A DNA stretch of 15,840 nt from a virus (lineage: Duplodnaviria; Heunggongvirae; Uroviricota; Caudoviricetes), in the IMG/VR virus record IMGVR_UViG_2737471850_000008, positions 1 through 15,840 of that record; one strand, given 5' to 3'. How positions within the stretch are numbered: the stretch's first letter is position 1; every line of letters starts with the position of its first letter. Of the stretch, positions 14,848-15,840 are shown in pieces. The translations under genes were made by a program, and so were the position numbers. The notes beneath the pieces are model-generated. The model was not told the DNA's origin. It did no database searches and saw only the letters and a list, made by a program, of their open reading frames with translations.

Positions 14848-15840
14848 ATGTCGATTAAGAAGCTTGATGATGGTCGTTTTGAAGTGGACGTTAGACCGCG
14901 CGGAACCTCAGGAAGAAGGATTCGACGCAAATTTGACAGAAAGGCGGAAGCACAGGCATACGAGCGGTATGTACTGACAAACTTTCACGATAAAGAATGG
15001 CAGGATAAACCCGCAGACAGGAGGCTTGTATCCGAGTTAATTTCTTTATGGTGGAGCTACCATGGAAAGAATCACAACTATGGTGACTCATATAAAAAGC
15101 GTTTGGAAAAAATCAACCGAGAAATGGCGGAACCCAGAGTGTACGAGCTTACCCGCAACTTTCTGATGAAATATCGTGCAGAACGACTTCATAGTGGAGT
15201 ATCTGCTGGCACGGTAAACAGGGATTTCTGTTCCATGTCCAGCATGTTCAGTTTGCTGATAGATATGGAAGAATTTCATCACGAAAACCCGTTTCGCGCC
15301 GTGAAGAAGTTACGTCTGGAAAACACAGAAATGTCATTTCTGTCCGAAGAAGAGATCCACCATTTGCTGAATGCCCTTACAGGGGATGATCGCAGAGTTG
15401 TCGTTCTTTGCCTGAATACAGGAGCACGATGGGGTGAAGCCAGTAATCTTAAAGCTGAAAACGTGATAAGTAACCGTGTGACCTTTGTTAAGACCAAAAC
15501 CGGCCCAGCTCGTACTGTTCCGATATCGAAGGAAATCGCGGACTACATCCTTACACGCAAATCGGGGAAATTGTTCGATACCAACTATGAGCGAGTTCGC
15601 GATGTTCTTCGTAAGATTAAGCCAGACTTGCCGAAAGGTCAGGCACTGCATGTTTTACGCCATACCTTCGCAACACATTTCATGATCAACGGCGGGAATA
15701 TCATCACGCTACAGCGTATTTTGGGTCATACAACAATCGAGCAAACAATGACATATGCTCACTTCGCCCCAGATTATCTGACTGATGCCATACGATTTAA
15801 CCCTATGCGTGGGAGTGTCCACATAATGTCCACCGACTAG
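14848..15840 (+). CDS. int: P2-type tyrosine integrase
   Basis: ATG at 14848 with GGAGGG SD (track ORF starts at 14821). MSIKKLDDGRFEVDVRPRGTSGRRIRRKFDRK closely resembles recalled P2 Int (MAIKKLDDGRYEVDIRP...RIRRKFDKK). C-terminal HVLRHTFA...H...Y catalytic-type residues. Stop TAG at the window end. Confidence 0.9.
   Translation: MSIKKLDDGRFEVDVRPRGTSGRRIRRKFDRKAEAQAYERYVLTNFHDKEWQDKPADRRLVSELISLWWSYHGKNHNYGDSYKKRLEKINREMAEPRVYELTRNFLMKYRAERLHSGVSAGTVNRDFCSMSSMFSLLIDMEEFHHENPFRAVKKLRLENTEMSFLSEEEIHHLLNALTGDDRRVVVLCLNTGARWGEASNLKAENVISNRVTFVKTKTGPARTVPISKEIADYILTRKSGKLFDTNYERVRDVLRKIKPDLPKGQALHVLRHTFATHFMINGGNIITLQRILGHTTIEQTMTYAHFAPDYLTDAIRFNPMRGSVHIMSTD

Larger units (their letters stand above)
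1214..15840. mobile_element. P2-family integrative element (head, replication, regulation and integration modules only); right att expected just beyond the window, left boundary uncertain (about 700-1210 or further left)
   Basis: Contiguous P2-like int, C, cox, ogr, Q, P, O, N, M, L, J and I genes in P2-like order and orientation. GC-rich compared with the AT-rich left flank. No lysis or tail sheath/tube/fibre genes within the window. Confidence 0.6.

Overview
Most of this window (about 1.2-15.8 kb) is a compact P2-family integrative element with no lysis genes and no tail sheath, tube or fibre genes. Read right to left it runs: integrase and C repressor | Cox, two small ORFs, a DEDDh exonuclease and a P4-alpha-type primase-helicase | an AT-rich GT8-like glycosyltransferase moron, an Ogr/Delta zinc-finger activator, then portal (Q) and large terminase (P) | scaffold (O), major capsid (N), small terminase (M), an inserted 63-aa ORF, head completion (L), and baseplate J-like and I-like genes. 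L is followed directly by J, so the P2 genes X, lysis, R, S, V and W are absent. The left 1.2 kb is AT-rich: a 5'-truncated family-3 acyltransferase and a cluster of twelve TGTGA(T/C)G heptamers. All protein-family calls rest on motif recognition and recall of P2 sequences; no database search was run. The main leads are the head-only P2/P4 hybrid architecture (possible capsid-encoding satellite versus a deletion remnant), the glycosyltransferase cassette at the tin/old-equivalent position with a C7 tract in its promoter, and the heptamer cluster.
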